A stretch of DNA of 64,000 nucleotides from a virus. The stretch is taken from the IMG/VR virus record IMGVR_UViG_3300029882_000002. One strand, given 5' to 3'. Under the pieces are notes generated by a model, which saw nothing but the letters and a program-made list of their open reading frames with translations, searched no databases and was not told the origin of the DNA. The translations under genes and the position numbers were made by a program. Position 1 is the stretch's first letter, and each line of letters begins with the position of its first letter. Positions 36,880-46,385 of this stretch are shown piece after piece.

Positions 36880-37785
36880 CTATAAAAACTGCTGAGGTTT
36901 TGAACTTCCAGGGACATCTAAATCTGCTTTTACTTCTGACGTCCAAGGATACTCAACCCAATCTGAAAGGGCTGACGCCCAAGCTGGATCCCGAACAATG
37001 GAACACTCTATCGGACTTATTCCGTGAGCATTCAAAAATGCTAAATGCGATGAGCCATCATAATCTTGATAGCGTTTCCAATTGACGTTGTCCGTACCTG
37101 AAGTATGTGAGCAACGTCTGTCCTTAGAGCAAACGGTTCCGCAATAACCGCAGGTAAAACTATCGACTAGAGCACCCATAGAATAAGTATTAATTGTTCC
37201 ATCTAAAACCTGTTGAGCAATGTCCGGATACTTATTTTTATCAATGCCTAAAAGACCCATCACTTTCCACAGTTTTCCATTCCCATAACCCTGGACTTTA
37301 TTGAAAGATGCGTCAAAGATAACTCCATGTGCCGTGGAGCAGTCCTCATTGGAATGTTCCTCATGGATCGGGCAACCTACCCAGGCCTTATAAGACAATC
37401 TGTTTATTGGTGGTGGTTGAAATCTTACTAATTCGGAACGCGGAAATGCAATGCCGTTTCGATTAGGAAGATCGGATGGACATATAATAGTCCGGACCAA
37501 TATGTAGTCTTCAATACGGGGCGAAATTTTGTAGACCGGAGCACAGAAGGGTAGCCATGTTGCGTAATCCAGTTCACTAATTCGCGCCATTTCTTTTTCA
37601 GCTTCAAACGTTTCGATTGATCGCTGAAGGTTATCTACTGAGTTGGTTTCTAACGTGCGTTCTAGAGGCACAGTATCGGCTGTAACTTGATGCTGGTATT
37701 TAGCAACACTAAGCTTTTGGTGGGCACTGACACTGACACTGGCACGGGCACTCAGAAATGATTTTGGTACCTGAAGGTTAGCCAT
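36880..37785 (-). CDS. putative prohead (maturation) serine protease
   Basis: 301 aa. LPNRNGIAFPRSEL ... GCPIHEEHSNED ... GKLWKVMGLLGIDKNKYPDIAQQVLDGTINTYSMG follows the HK97/T4 gp21-type prohead protease pattern (His in the ..EEH.. block, Ser in the ..YSMG.. block). Located upstream of the scaffold and capsid candidates. Confidence 0.5.
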   Translation of the reverse strand: MANLQVPKSFLSARASVSVSAHQKLSVAKYQHQVTADTVPLERTLETNSVDNLQRSIETFEAEKEMARISELDYATWLPFCAPVYKISPRIEDYILVRTIICPSDLPNRNGIAFPRSELVRFQPPPINRLSYKAWVGCPIHEEHSNEDCSTAHGVIFDASFNKVQGYGNGKLWKVMGLLGIDKNKYPDIAQQVLDGTINTYSMGALVDSFTCGYCGTVCSKDRRCSHTSGTDNVNWKRYQDYDGSSHLAFLNAHGISPIECSIVRDPAWASALSDWVEYPWTSEVKADLDVPGSSKPQQFL

Positions 37786-37792
37786 ATAGACC

Positions 37793-38185
37793 TCAATGAG
37801 ATACTACGTAGAACTCACCAGCTTCAGTCCACGTAACCCGAATACACGAGAATAAATTAATTGTTGGTTGAACAATCGTATCTGCAGGAACCGTCAGCGT
37901 GTTAGCCCATTTAACGGAGGCCTGGACCGCTGGATCAGGATTGGCAGCTAATCCCGCGTTCTGCAAGGTGAAGTCCACGGTACAGCCACCAGTCGATTGA
38001 AAAGCGTAACCCTGAAACAATTTATTATTTGAAGTACAGGACGCGGCCGTGAAATAAGCTACGTCTCCGGCCTTGCCAACAGCGCCAACCCAACTAATAA
38101 TTCCGTCAGGTTGGTTGCTGATGCCAATACCATCGGCTCCACCTTTGAAATAGGCTGACCGATTGCTAATTACTTTGGCAACCAT
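37793..38185 (-). CDS. hypothetical virion-module protein
   Basis: 130-aa ORF, AAGGA RBS. Confidence 0.6.
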   Translation of the reverse strand: MVAKVISNRSAYFKGGADGIGISNQPDGIISWVGAVGKAGDVAYFTAASCTSNNKLFQGYAFQSTGGCTVDFTLQNAGLAANPDPAVQASVKWANTLTVPADTIVQPTINLFSCIRVTWTEAGEFYVVSH

Positions 38186-38200
38186 GATTCATCCTTTGAC

Positions 38201-38698
38201 TTAGGGTTGTGGCGTAACTTCGGGTTCGATTGTTTGTGTTGATTGTTCTACAACCGGAATACTTTCTGTAGCTGGTGCTGCAACTTCAGTTACTGCCTCT
38301 GGCGTAGGTTCAGCAACAGTCTCAATCACTGGCGTCTGCTCTACAGCCGGTGCAACAACTTCGGTAACTACAGGTTCAGCAACGGGTGCTGAATCCGTAA
38401 TAGTTGATGCCTCAACAGCAGGGACTGGAGTTACCGGCGCTGCCGCAGGAGCCTCAACTTTAGGACCAGCAACTTGTGCACCAGCAGTAGTTTCTGCCTG
38501 CGGGTGGCCTGGAAAATCCTTGGTGATTGTCGAGGGATAAGCCAGACCATATTGAACCTGTTTCTTGGAAAGCCCAAGATGCAAATAAGCCCAGTCATAG
38601 AGTTCAAGCATATCTTTGTGCGCCAATTCCGCGCCCTCGGTAACCACGTGACCAGCCTCAGTCAATGCTGCTTTAATTTTTGAGATATTGAAACTCAT
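38201..38698 (-). CDS. hypothetical protein with P/A/V/E-rich C-terminal tail
   Basis: 165 aa, AGGAG RBS. The N-terminal ~60 aa are related to the N-terminus of the 45889..46377 product. Confidence 0.6.
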   Translation of the reverse strand: MSFNISKIKAALTEAGHVVTEGAELAHKDMLELYDWAYLHLGLSKKQVQYGLAYPSTITKDFPGHPQAETTAGAQVAGPKVEAPAAAPVTPVPAVEASTITDSAPVAEPVVTEVVAPAVEQTPVIETVAEPTPEAVTEVAAPATESIPVVEQSTQTIEPEVTPQP

Positions 38699-38742
38699 GT
38701 ATAGCTCCTAGGTGAAGAATGGATTCATGAACAGCGCTACAA

Positions 38743-41700
38743 TTAAATTGTGTTGTTTTCAGTTTGGCGAAATTTCAATTTTCGTAACTTATTGAATTCT
38801 CTGGACAGCGATTTAGCATTAGTTATGGTCATACCTAGGGCCACTATTTTACGCACGACGTCCCGCACTTCTTTTACTGAGCCGTAAAATGACATGGTGG
38901 ACTCGCTCTTGTGCCATTCATAGGTTGGTCGTTTAAATCGCATAGCAGCCTTCGTACCTGCTTGGCCTACTGCCGGTAATACCAAGTAAGGTACGCCGTT
39001 CTGGATCATCGGATAAGGCTTGTAAACGTGTTTATCGTTATTCGGTTTGTGCTGCAATTGATAGAAATTCACCGTCTTTGATTTAGATAAAGCTTTGACC
39101 ACGGATTCATGGTCAGAAACTTCTTCCTCGACTAAAAGATGCAACATAGCTTGGAGGGATTCCCGCACACCGTTTTTGTAGACCGACGGATCAGGAGTCA
39201 GCCCCTTCTGACGCCAGAGTTTGAATTGATTTCTTAGGGCCGCAGCATTCTTGACCTCAGAATAATAAAAGTCAGACATGGGTCGCAAGCCACACTTAGT
39301 CAACAATTGAATTGCAGCCTGACTACTATTGGTCATCACGTAGTCAATGCCCAAGAAGCCATTGGCAACCACGAATTCTAGGCGAATAGTGGTGTCGGCT
39401 TTACGCTGGCGCTCACGGACTTTGTACTCGCGAACTTTGATCTTGGTCTCTTGCTTCTTAATTTTTGCTGCTAATCCTTTGGAAGGCTTCCAAGATGTAG
39501 CCAAGGTGTTAATCGAACGAGTGACAGGAAAATCGCCAACTAAAGTCAATAATTGTTCTCTAGTGTCGTGGGCCACTGAATCAGGAGCAAGCAAGAACAC
39601 TTGAGACTTGTGGGTCTGCACGGAATAGCTGTTGAGCAGATCAATCGTAATCAGCGCATTGTTAGGAGCACATTTCGAAATATAGCCGTTGCCATATTCC
39701 GTGTGGACTAGTCTGTGTTTGAGTTCCTGTGCTTTCTGTTTGCGTTCAATCGAGACCTGATCGCTACCCGAGTCATCAGAGAATTCATTCTCGTCATCGT
39801 CATCGGAGTCTGAGTCAATATTGGTATTCAGATTGAGGAATTCGTCAATACGAATAAGACCTAGAGCTTCGGCCCCAAACAAATTCATCCCCGGAGTATA
39901 GACCGTGCTAGTCAGTAACTTGGTATCTGCGGGTGCCTCAGCAACAGGAATTAATTCTAGAGCTGGGGCCTTGCCATACTTAGCGATGTAGTCCTCTTTG
40001 TACTGACGGTAGTCCTCATCACGTACCTTCACATAAACAGCTTGTGCCTTTGCATAGTCCAATAGTCCTGGATTATCTGGGCCTAGGGCCACCCAACTAT
40101 TGAACTCGATAATTGAGTCAATAGTCATGCTGATAGTTGGTACATCAGGAATAGTGGAATACTCAGCGTTGTCCGCGTTCTCAAACTTAGCAGCTGCAAT
40201 TACCTTCGAAATTAAGCGTGCGCTTTTCGTGATGTCAATCGTGCGATCAGCAACCACAGTGTCAAAGAAGATTTCTTTGCGGAATTCTTCTTTCTTGAGT
40301 TCCGGTCTATCGATACGAGAATTACCTTGTTCCAATGTACCTGGGTTCCACGGACTTTCACATCTGATCAATCGGTCTGAATGCTGAAAATTGAGACCTT
40401 CATTCATGGACGCCTCTACACCCGCCATCCATCGAATGGTCTTAATCTTTTCGTACTTAGCGCCATCCTCGATCTTACGATGAGCCTTATATAGTATTCC
40501 GCACTCTTTTAATTCTGGGCCTGCCAGTTCATAGATTTCTTCAGCAGAAATAATGTTGTTGGTGAAGATCAGGACCTTGCCGGGAAAAGGTCCGTATTGG
40601 ACTTTCTCGCCAGTATCAGGGTCCGTAATTAAGCCACCGAAAATATGCAAGCGTACACGTTCAAGAATAGCTAGAACCTTAGGGCTAATTGCATCTTCAC
40701 CCTGTAGTTGATCAGGTGCGATCTTTCCCGGCGCAATGATGAATTGTTCTAGAGTTGCTAGATAAGGCATGATCGCAGTCTCTGTCAACTCACCTGAGTC
40801 TTCGTCTACTGGATTATCGTAGTCAAAGTCCTCAGGTGCCTCGCCCTCGACGTCTTGGGCAAAGAATTTACGCAAGGCCAGCGCCTTTTTCCTTGAACCC
40901 TTGATCGAGTCCTCTTGCATTTTCTTTAGTGCGCCAGCCAGCAAATCGTTGTATACGCTCTGCTGATTAGGTGTCAGAGTCACACCACCAATCCATTCGC
41001 GCTTGGACGGCAATAATGCAGCCCACTCCTTGCGCATAGCCCTGGCCTCTACAATCCGGGATCTGATTTTAAGCATGATCTGGACCTGGGCACCAGGCTT
41101 CCATTCAACTACACGGTCACTTTTGACGATCAAGCCATAAGTATTATTGAAGTTCTCACGTGATCCAAAAAGCGTTGGGTCCAGAGCCATAATTTGGAGG
41201 GCTAAATCCGATGGCGAATCGTGAACCATGGTTCCGGACGCCAGTCGTTTCTTTGGAATGTCTGTGATCAACATCATGGCTGCACGTGTACGCGCCGTAT
41301 TATTCTTGACGCGATGGGCCTCGTCTAAGGCTGAATAACCGAAGTCGAATTGACGCAAGAAATCAATGACAGGAAATACCTGGATCGGGGTCGTTCCGTA
41401 ATTAATTATTCGATTGAAACCCTTGGGCACGTAGCTCAGGGTGTCATAGGCAACAAACACCACGGTGTTACGTGGTGCCTGCTCAAACAGGGTCTGCAGA
41501 CGTGCGAATCCCAACTGGCGTATGGCAGAATTGGTGATAGCCAATACGTTCAGTTGTCCGTTAGTAAAGTACGCAACTTCTTTTACGTAGTTCGATACCA
41601 AATGACCTGGGCACAAAACAATGTAAGGATCATTTGAATTTTCTTTAATTTCGTACAATATGTCGGTGATAAGAAGTAAACTTTTTCCACCCCCTGCTTG

Positions 41701-43401
41701 TACGGGTAGAATTGCTAGGTCAGGACTGTCCTTCAGTAAATTGCGTACTTTCTTTTGATGCGGCAAGAACCCAATATTCGGAGCCAGCAACGGAATAGCT
41801 GGAATTTCCCAATCAGGATCAACACCCTGATTAATTGCTGCATACCGATTGGCCTCATCATTGGTGCGTACCCATTCCATCCGTGATGCATATTTAGCAA
41901 TCAGGGTTAGCCAGGGCAGCATTTCAGTAACAGAGGCTACACTCCATTTCGTGTACACGGCCTCCAGGTTTTCATTGATAGCTGTTTCAAGGATAGCGAA
42001 ATACCGGGCCAATGATCTGAATGGCCCGAAACCTGTTTCGCTTATTTCGGAAAACTTAATTGATGATCGATCTTCATATCTTTGATGAAGTACCACAGAT
42101 GCTTTAAACCAGTCTTGTGGACCGGCCGCACTATCAAATGTATGTTGAAGCTGCGGCTCTAGGGCTAGGCCCTCAAAATCCGAATCTTGAATGCATGAAC
42201 GAAAGAAATTGGGATCAATGCCTGCGCTCTTGCCCATGCGAGCAAACCAGTCTACTTTTTCTGACGTAATAAACCGGTTGTCCAACAGTTCACGGATGTG
42301 CGAAATATCTGCCTTGCGATGACGTGTTAGGTCCTCAACATGCAAGTTTCCCTGAGTGTTGGTGTACGAAAATTTGTTGTTCACCCAGTCAAGGGCCACC
42401 ACCATGTTATGTGGGAGTTGCGTCCTAGCGTCAGTTTGTGAGCCTAATTCTAGGTTAGCTGAGGCTAGAGTAGATAAAGCAAAACAATCGTTGTGAGTCC
42501 CGGCCTGTGCATAGCGATCTTCATAAACAATTGCGTTATTTCGATCTACTGTTAGAGGAATAAATTCGGGTTCGCCAACAGGTGAAATAGAAATATTGTA
42601 CTTATTTGTACGAGCGGATTCAACGTGATCTGGAGGCAAGCCAAACACGATTTTCGAAATCGGAAACGAAGCAGTGCTAGGCAGTCCTCGTTCGCCAAAG
42701 CCTGAACCTACCCAGTGCAGAATCAATGGATAGATATCGATGTCACGAATCTGAGACCACTCGGTGGTCGTTAGTTGTTCGGCCTCGTCCTTAGCTATTT
42801 TGAAGTCCGCAAAAATGATGTACAGATGTCCTCTAACTTGGACTTTTAATTCTAAGAAGCAATTGAGCAACGCCTGTTTAGTTGTGGCCTTGATGTCTTT
42901 CAGGTTAGCGATAACAGTAGCTGCCGGGACACTTCTTGTGGACACAAAAGAAAGGGATTCGTCACCCAAAAGTTCAGCAAATTCTTTGTACTCTTGAACC
43001 TGCTGCATGTTGGCTTCTGGACCATGCGTTTTCTCACCCAGAAACCAGTCTTTCAAGAAGGCTAATGGCGCACCCCACGTGTCCTTGCTAAAAGATGCCA
43101 GCGGCAATGACACCTCGTAATGAGGAATATGTGCATCGTCTACTTTGTTGATTGATAAATAGGTCTTCGGATTTATTTTTCTTAATTTTTCGGCCAACAA
43201 TCGACTGGAGCCACGGCGTGGGTCTGCAACAATCGAAGGAAAGAAGGTTGACGCCCACAAAGTAGTCAGAAAGAAAGACGGACTCCCACTGTATTTTTCT
43301 GTGTAGAAATGCATGAAGCGCTCACCCATAAGACGTCGGTTGAGCTTCAGGTGCTGAGGTACCACCAAATTCGATTTGGGCCTTAGCTTGTCTTTTAGCA
43401 T
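38743..43401 (-). CDS. 1552-aa SNF2-family helicase-domain protein
   Basis: Central SNF2 core: LPHQKKV ... PVQAGGGKSLLLI (motif I), ALDEAHRVKN (DEAH), later NFQHSDRLIRCESPWNPGTLEQGNSRIDRP (helicase C motifs). Flanked by ~540 aa N-terminal and ~500 aa C-terminal regions with no motif I recognise. Confidence 0.8.
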   Translation of the reverse strand: MLKDKLRPKSNLVVPQHLKLNRRLMGERFMHFYTEKYSGSPSFFLTTLWASTFFPSIVADPRRGSSRLLAEKLRKINPKTYLSINKVDDAHIPHYEVSLPLASFSKDTWGAPLAFLKDWFLGEKTHGPEANMQQVQEYKEFAELLGDESLSFVSTRSVPAATVIANLKDIKATTKQALLNCFLELKVQVRGHLYIIFADFKIAKDEAEQLTTTEWSQIRDIDIYPLILHWVGSGFGERGLPSTASFPISKIVFGLPPDHVESARTNKYNISISPVGEPEFIPLTVDRNNAIVYEDRYAQAGTHNDCFALSTLASANLELGSQTDARTQLPHNMVVALDWVNNKFSYTNTQGNLHVEDLTRHRKADISHIRELLDNRFITSEKVDWFARMGKSAGIDPNFFRSCIQDSDFEGLALEPQLQHTFDSAAGPQDWFKASVVLHQRYEDRSSIKFSEISETGFGPFRSLARYFAILETAINENLEAVYTKWSVASVTEMLPWLTLIAKYASRMEWVRTNDEANRYAAINQGVDPDWEIPAIPLLAPNIGFLPHQKKVRNLLKDSPDLAILPVQAGGGKSLLLITDILYEIKENSNDPYIVLCPGHLVSNYVKEVAYFTNGQLNVLAITNSAIRQLGFARLQTLFEQAPRNTVVFVAYDTLSYVPKGFNRIINYGTTPIQVFPVIDFLRQFDFGYSALDEAHRVKNNTARTRAAMMLITDIPKKRLASGTMVHDSPSDLALQIMALDPTLFGSRENFNNTYGLIVKSDRVVEWKPGAQVQIMLKIRSRIVEARAMRKEWAALLPSKREWIGGVTLTPNQQSVYNDLLAGALKKMQEDSIKGSRKKALALRKFFAQDVEGEAPEDFDYDNPVDEDSGELTETAIMPYLATLEQFIIAPGKIAPDQLQGEDAISPKVLAILERVRLHIFGGLITDPDTGEKVQYGPFPGKVLIFTNNIISAEEIYELAGPELKECGILYKAHRKIEDGAKYEKIKTIRWMAGVEASMNEGLNFQHSDRLIRCESPWNPGTLEQGNSRIDRPELKKEEFRKEIFFDTVVADRTIDITKSARLISKVIAAAKFENADNAEYSTIPDVPTISMTIDSIIEFNSWVALGPDNPGLLDYAKAQAVYVKVRDEDYRQYKEDYIAKYGKAPALELIPVAEAPADTKLLTSTVYTPGMNLFGAEALGLIRIDEFLNLNTNIDSDSDDDDENEFSDDSGSDQVSIERKQKAQELKHRLVHTEYGNGYISKCAPNNALITIDLLNSYSVQTHKSQVFLLAPDSVAHDTREQLLTLVGDFPVTRSINTLATSWKPSKGLAAKIKKQETKIKVREYKVRERQRKADTTIRLEFVVANGFLGIDYVMTNSSQAAIQLLTKCGLRPMSDFYYSEVKNAAALRNQFKLWRQKGLTPDPSVYKNGVRESLQAMLHLLVEEEVSDHESVVKALSKSKTVNFYQLQHKPNNDKHVYKPYPMIQNGVPYLVLPAVGQAGTKAAMRFKRPTYEWHKSESTMSFYGSVKEVRDVVRKIVALGMTITNAKSLSREFNKLRKLKFRQTENNTI

Positions 43402-43439
43402 AAGTTTCCGTAAAAATTAGGGTAAGACATGGACTTAAT

Positions 43440-43467
43440 ATTGTACATCAATTCTCAAAGCTATCAA
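43440..43467 (-). promoter_or_regulatory. sigma70-like promoter for the SNF2 gene
   Basis: Minus strand reads TTGATA - 16 nt - TACAAT. Lies about 40 nt upstream of ATG 43401 and directly downstream of a terminator. Confidence 0.5.
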
Positions 43468-43491
43468 TCCTGATTGCAAAATCTGATCAGC

Positions 43492-43528
43492 AAATAGAAA
43501 AGAGCCCACCTTATTAGGGATGGGCTCT
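43492..43528 (-). terminator. rho-independent terminator (minus strand)
   Basis: Stem AGAGCCCA / TGGGCTCT (43501-43528), followed on the minus strand by TTTTCTATTT. Confidence 0.7.
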
Positions 43529-43554
43529 GGACTGACAAATGAAAGGGCCTACTC

Positions 43555-43929
43555 TTATTTACTAACGCTCGTAGTATCCGGCGAACTTGAAACGATAGTT
43601 GTTTCAGACACGGCGCTAGGCACCGTAACTACAGTTGAGGAAACAATAGAGCCGGAACTTGTGGAACCGGAACCAGAAGCTGACGCACTCGCAGCACTGG
43701 TCTCAGTCTTAGCTGCTTCTTTCTTGACCGCCGATGCAACGTCTAAAGCTACTTTCTGCACGTCCGTGTCGATGGTGGTCAGGAAGTGACCTAGCAGGGT
43801 TGGATTGGTACGCAACAAATAGCGGTAGACCAAGACACCTAGGACTAAACCAATCAAAAGAAAGGGCACGTCAACAGCCAGGCGTACAGCGGTTTCAACC
43901 GCACTCACAATAGTGGTGACATCATTCAT
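43555..43929 (-). CDS. small membrane protein with Ser-rich tail
   Basis: 124 aa, AAGGAAA RBS. Hydrophobic segment VPFLLIGLVLGVLVY. Confidence 0.6.
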   Translation of the reverse strand: MNDVTTIVSAVETAVRLAVDVPFLLIGLVLGVLVYRYLLRTNPTLLGHFLTTIDTDVQKVALDVASAVKKEAAKTETSAASASASGSGSTSSGSIVSSTVVTVPSAVSETTIVSSSPDTTSVSK

Positions 43930-43942
43930 TTCTTTTTTCCTT

Positions 43943-44674
43943 TTAAATAAGACGGCGTAGGGTCTTCAACGGTCGTGCTGACATCATGACTGGACGCCAT
44001 AAAATATCCAACACGAATTTCTCAATTTCTGCCTTTGACGGCAATTGATTGGTAGGCAAATCAGGGAAAATAGGACACACAATTTCGTAACCTAGATGCC
44101 AACGTTGATCCATTGATCTGGAATAGTCGTTGTACGCAAATAGTGTAAGTCCGTCCATCAATTGACGCCTGTAATGTCCGTTAAGCGTGTCTAACTGGAA
44201 TTTAGGGTAGGGTGTGCGCTTCAACCATTCAACAAACGTTGGATCCTTTACGTTGACATCAGCATTAACTGTTAGCACGAATCCTTTGTCAGTTACTTTG
44301 ACCTCTCTGGTAGTCGACTTGATAAATAGGTTACCAAACAAATCGGTTAGATTCACGAACTTGACGAAGGCCCGACGACGCTCAGTCAAATACGTTGAAA
44401 TCTGATCATTGCGTGACTGGCTAACGTTCTGGAACGGAAACAAATCATGAACCATACACAGATCAACGTATCTGCGAATAGCTACAGACCAGTCAAGAAT
44501 CGAATTGTTTGTGACCTCCGATTCAGTAACTGCCTGAGCCCAGGCCAATCGATTGTTCTGATTAAAAGCCAACGGAAATCCTTCAATCGTTGGCTTCCGT
44601 GCTTGCTGCAGAACGGGAATTCCCAAGTTACTGAGAAATGGATGCTGCGTCTGTTCCTCACGTTCACGACTCAT
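43943..44674 (-). CDS. hypothetical protein
   Basis: 243-aa ORF. ATG lies 2 nt after the upstream stop. Confidence 0.65.
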   Translation of the reverse strand: MSREREEQTQHPFLSNLGIPVLQQARKPTIEGFPLAFNQNNRLAWAQAVTESEVTNNSILDWSVAIRRYVDLCMVHDLFPFQNVSQSRNDQISTYLTERRRAFVKFVNLTDLFGNLFIKSTTREVKVTDKGFVLTVNADVNVKDPTFVEWLKRTPYPKFQLDTLNGHYRRQLMDGLTLFAYNDYSRSMDQRWHLGYEIVCPIFPDLPTNQLPSKAEIEKFVLDILWRPVMMSARPLKTLRRLI

Positions 44675-44676
44675 GA

Positions 44677-45126
44677 TTAACCCGCACTTTCAGTCAGACG
44701 TAAAGCGGCTTTGAGTTGCATGGGTGCAACGCCGTCACTAATCATTGCATCTTTGTCACCGTCAATTCCGGTCCCCACATCGTTGATGCCAACACCGTCA
44801 TTTAATGTTGAATCCTGCAATGCTTGCTGGCTAGTAGTTCCCGCTGGTGCCCCGTCATTTAACACCAAGTCTTCAACGCTAGTTGTGTTCGGATCGTACT
44901 CGCCGTCCAGCACTTCTTCGCTCTCTGTCTGGGGTGGTTGAACTATTTCAGCCACTACTTCTTGTTCAATTTCGTTGGTGTCGGCCAACATGGCATAAGC
45001 AATTGATTCTAAACTTTCATGATCAACACCAACGGACTCAGCCAGCGCGTGGAACTGAGCATCAGACGGTTCAGGATTGATCTGAAGAAACAAAGCAATT
45101 AGGCTTACAAGTTTTTGATTATCCAT
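44677..45126 (-). CDS. acidic protein ending in the AAxRL tag
   Basis: Start placed at ATG 45126 (longest ORF begins at GTG 45150). The C-terminus is ...PMQLKAALRLTESAG-stop. Confidence 0.6.
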   Translation of the reverse strand: MDNQKLVSLIALFLQINPEPSDAQFHALAESVGVDHESLESIAYAMLADTNEIEQEVVAEIVQPPQTESEEVLDGEYDPNTTSVEDLVLNDGAPAGTTSQQALQDSTLNDGVGINDVGTGIDGDKDAMISDGVAPMQLKAALRLTESAG

Positions 45127-45139
45127 GACAGGTTTCTCT

Positions 45140-45520
45140 CTATAGGGCACGCAATTGGGACAGGACTTCGTCTAGTCCAGGTACCTTTTTATTTACTTCC
45201 GTTGCTGCTTTTCCGATTGAAGCCAGTAAGCTTTGATCATCCGAGCCTTCGGCCTTTAATTCGTACTTGTATTTAGAGGCCTTGAAATAAAAGTTTAAGT
45301 CCTCATCAACCGTACTGAAGTTCAAGACCGCTTGATACTCGGAAGTGCGCCAGATCAAAGACTGGTTGGTAGACGATCTATCATCCAGCAGAAAATGAAT
45401 GCCTAGAATTCTTTTTAGAATGGTCAGCACGTTTTCCACGTCCTCGGGACCTGCCTCTATGTTGGTGCCTTTCTCATCGGCGTCTGCCAATAGGCGTAGG
45501 GCTGCTGTGATCATGGTCAT
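45140..45520 (-). CDS. hypothetical protein with N-terminal AAxRL tag
   Basis: 126 aa, begins MTMITAALRLLADAD. AAAGG RBS. Confidence 0.65.
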   Translation of the reverse strand: MTMITAALRLLADADEKGTNIEAGPEDVENVLTILKRILGIHFLLDDRSSTNQSLIWRTSEYQAVLNFSTVDEDLNFYFKASKYKYELKAEGSDDQSLLASIGKAATEVNKKVPGLDEVLSQLRAL

Positions 45521-45548
45521 AATTACCTTTTCAGAAGCTAATGTTGGT

Positions 45549-45875
45549 TCATCTTTTCTTTAATTGTGCTGCTCTAACTAAATGTGGGTGCCTACGGTCG
45601 TGACAGGCCTGGCACAAAAGAATTAAGTTAGATAAATTATTGGTGCCACCAGCGTTTAACGGCTGTATGTGGTGAACCTCAGATCCAGGCTTTAAACAAC
45701 GGGTGCCCCTAATTAAGGCCTGGCACACACCTTTATCCCTAGCATAGGCCTTGGCTCTGAGTTCCCACCAAGAATTGTTCTGGGTGAACCCATTGACCGT
45801 CGAATAACTGTCTCTTTTTATGCTGGCTACGCCATGCACATTTCGGGCTCTTGGTCGTGATCTGCGCGCCAGCAT
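45549..45875 (-). CDS. HNH endonuclease
   Basis: CQALIRGTRC ... EVHHIQPLNAGGTNNLSNLILLCQACHDRRH: classical HNH with two Cys pairs. Confidence 0.8.
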   Translation of the reverse strand: MLARRSRPRARNVHGVASIKRDSYSTVNGFTQNNSWWELRAKAYARDKGVCQALIRGTRCLKPGSEVHHIQPLNAGGTNNLSNLILLCQACHDRRHPHLVRAAQLKKR

Positions 45876-45888
45876 AATTAATTCCTAT

Positions 45889-46377
45889 TTACGATAGAAT
45901 AGCCGGAGCCGTAGCGGAAATTGCGGGCACCTGGTTACCGCCAACAGTCGGGACCACCGAAGCTGTAAACGTACCGGCCGCACTATAGGTATAAGTCAGG
46001 TGAGGTACTGTGGTAACCTGCGGGGATGAACCGTCACCCAGGTGCCAAGAATACGAAGTACCTGTAGCTCCGGTCTCGGTCAGGGTCCATGTAACAGGTG
46101 TAGATGCATGGGCACCAGTCAATGGAGTACCGGCCAACGTTGCATGATAGTCATCGATCTCTACAGCGTCCAACACGGATACAGGCATGATCGATGGATA
46201 AGCAAACCCGTAATTAGTTTGATACTTGCTGTATGCAACACCACCTTTGTAGGTAGCAGCTGCAGCGAACTTATCGTAGGATGCTTGGTCAATTCCTTCC
46301 CAATTGGAGCCAGCGCTGGTTGGTAGTCCAGCAGCAACCAAGGCCGCTTTAGCATTCGTGTAATTTACAGTAGTCAT
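45889..46377 (-). CDS. PKD-domain protein
   Basis: Start placed at ATG 46377 (GAGG RBS). C-terminal YSWHLGDGSSPQVTTVPHLTYTYSAAGTFTASVV matches the PKD/Ig-like fold signature. Confidence 0.6.
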   Translation of the reverse strand: MTTVNYTNAKAALVAAGLPTSAGSNWEGIDQASYDKFAAAATYKGGVAYSKYQTNYGFAYPSIMPVSVLDAVEIDDYHATLAGTPLTGAHASTPVTWTLTETGATGTSYSWHLGDGSSPQVTTVPHLTYTYSAAGTFTASVVPTVGGNQVPAISATAPAILS

Positions 46378-46385
46378 TGTTAGCC

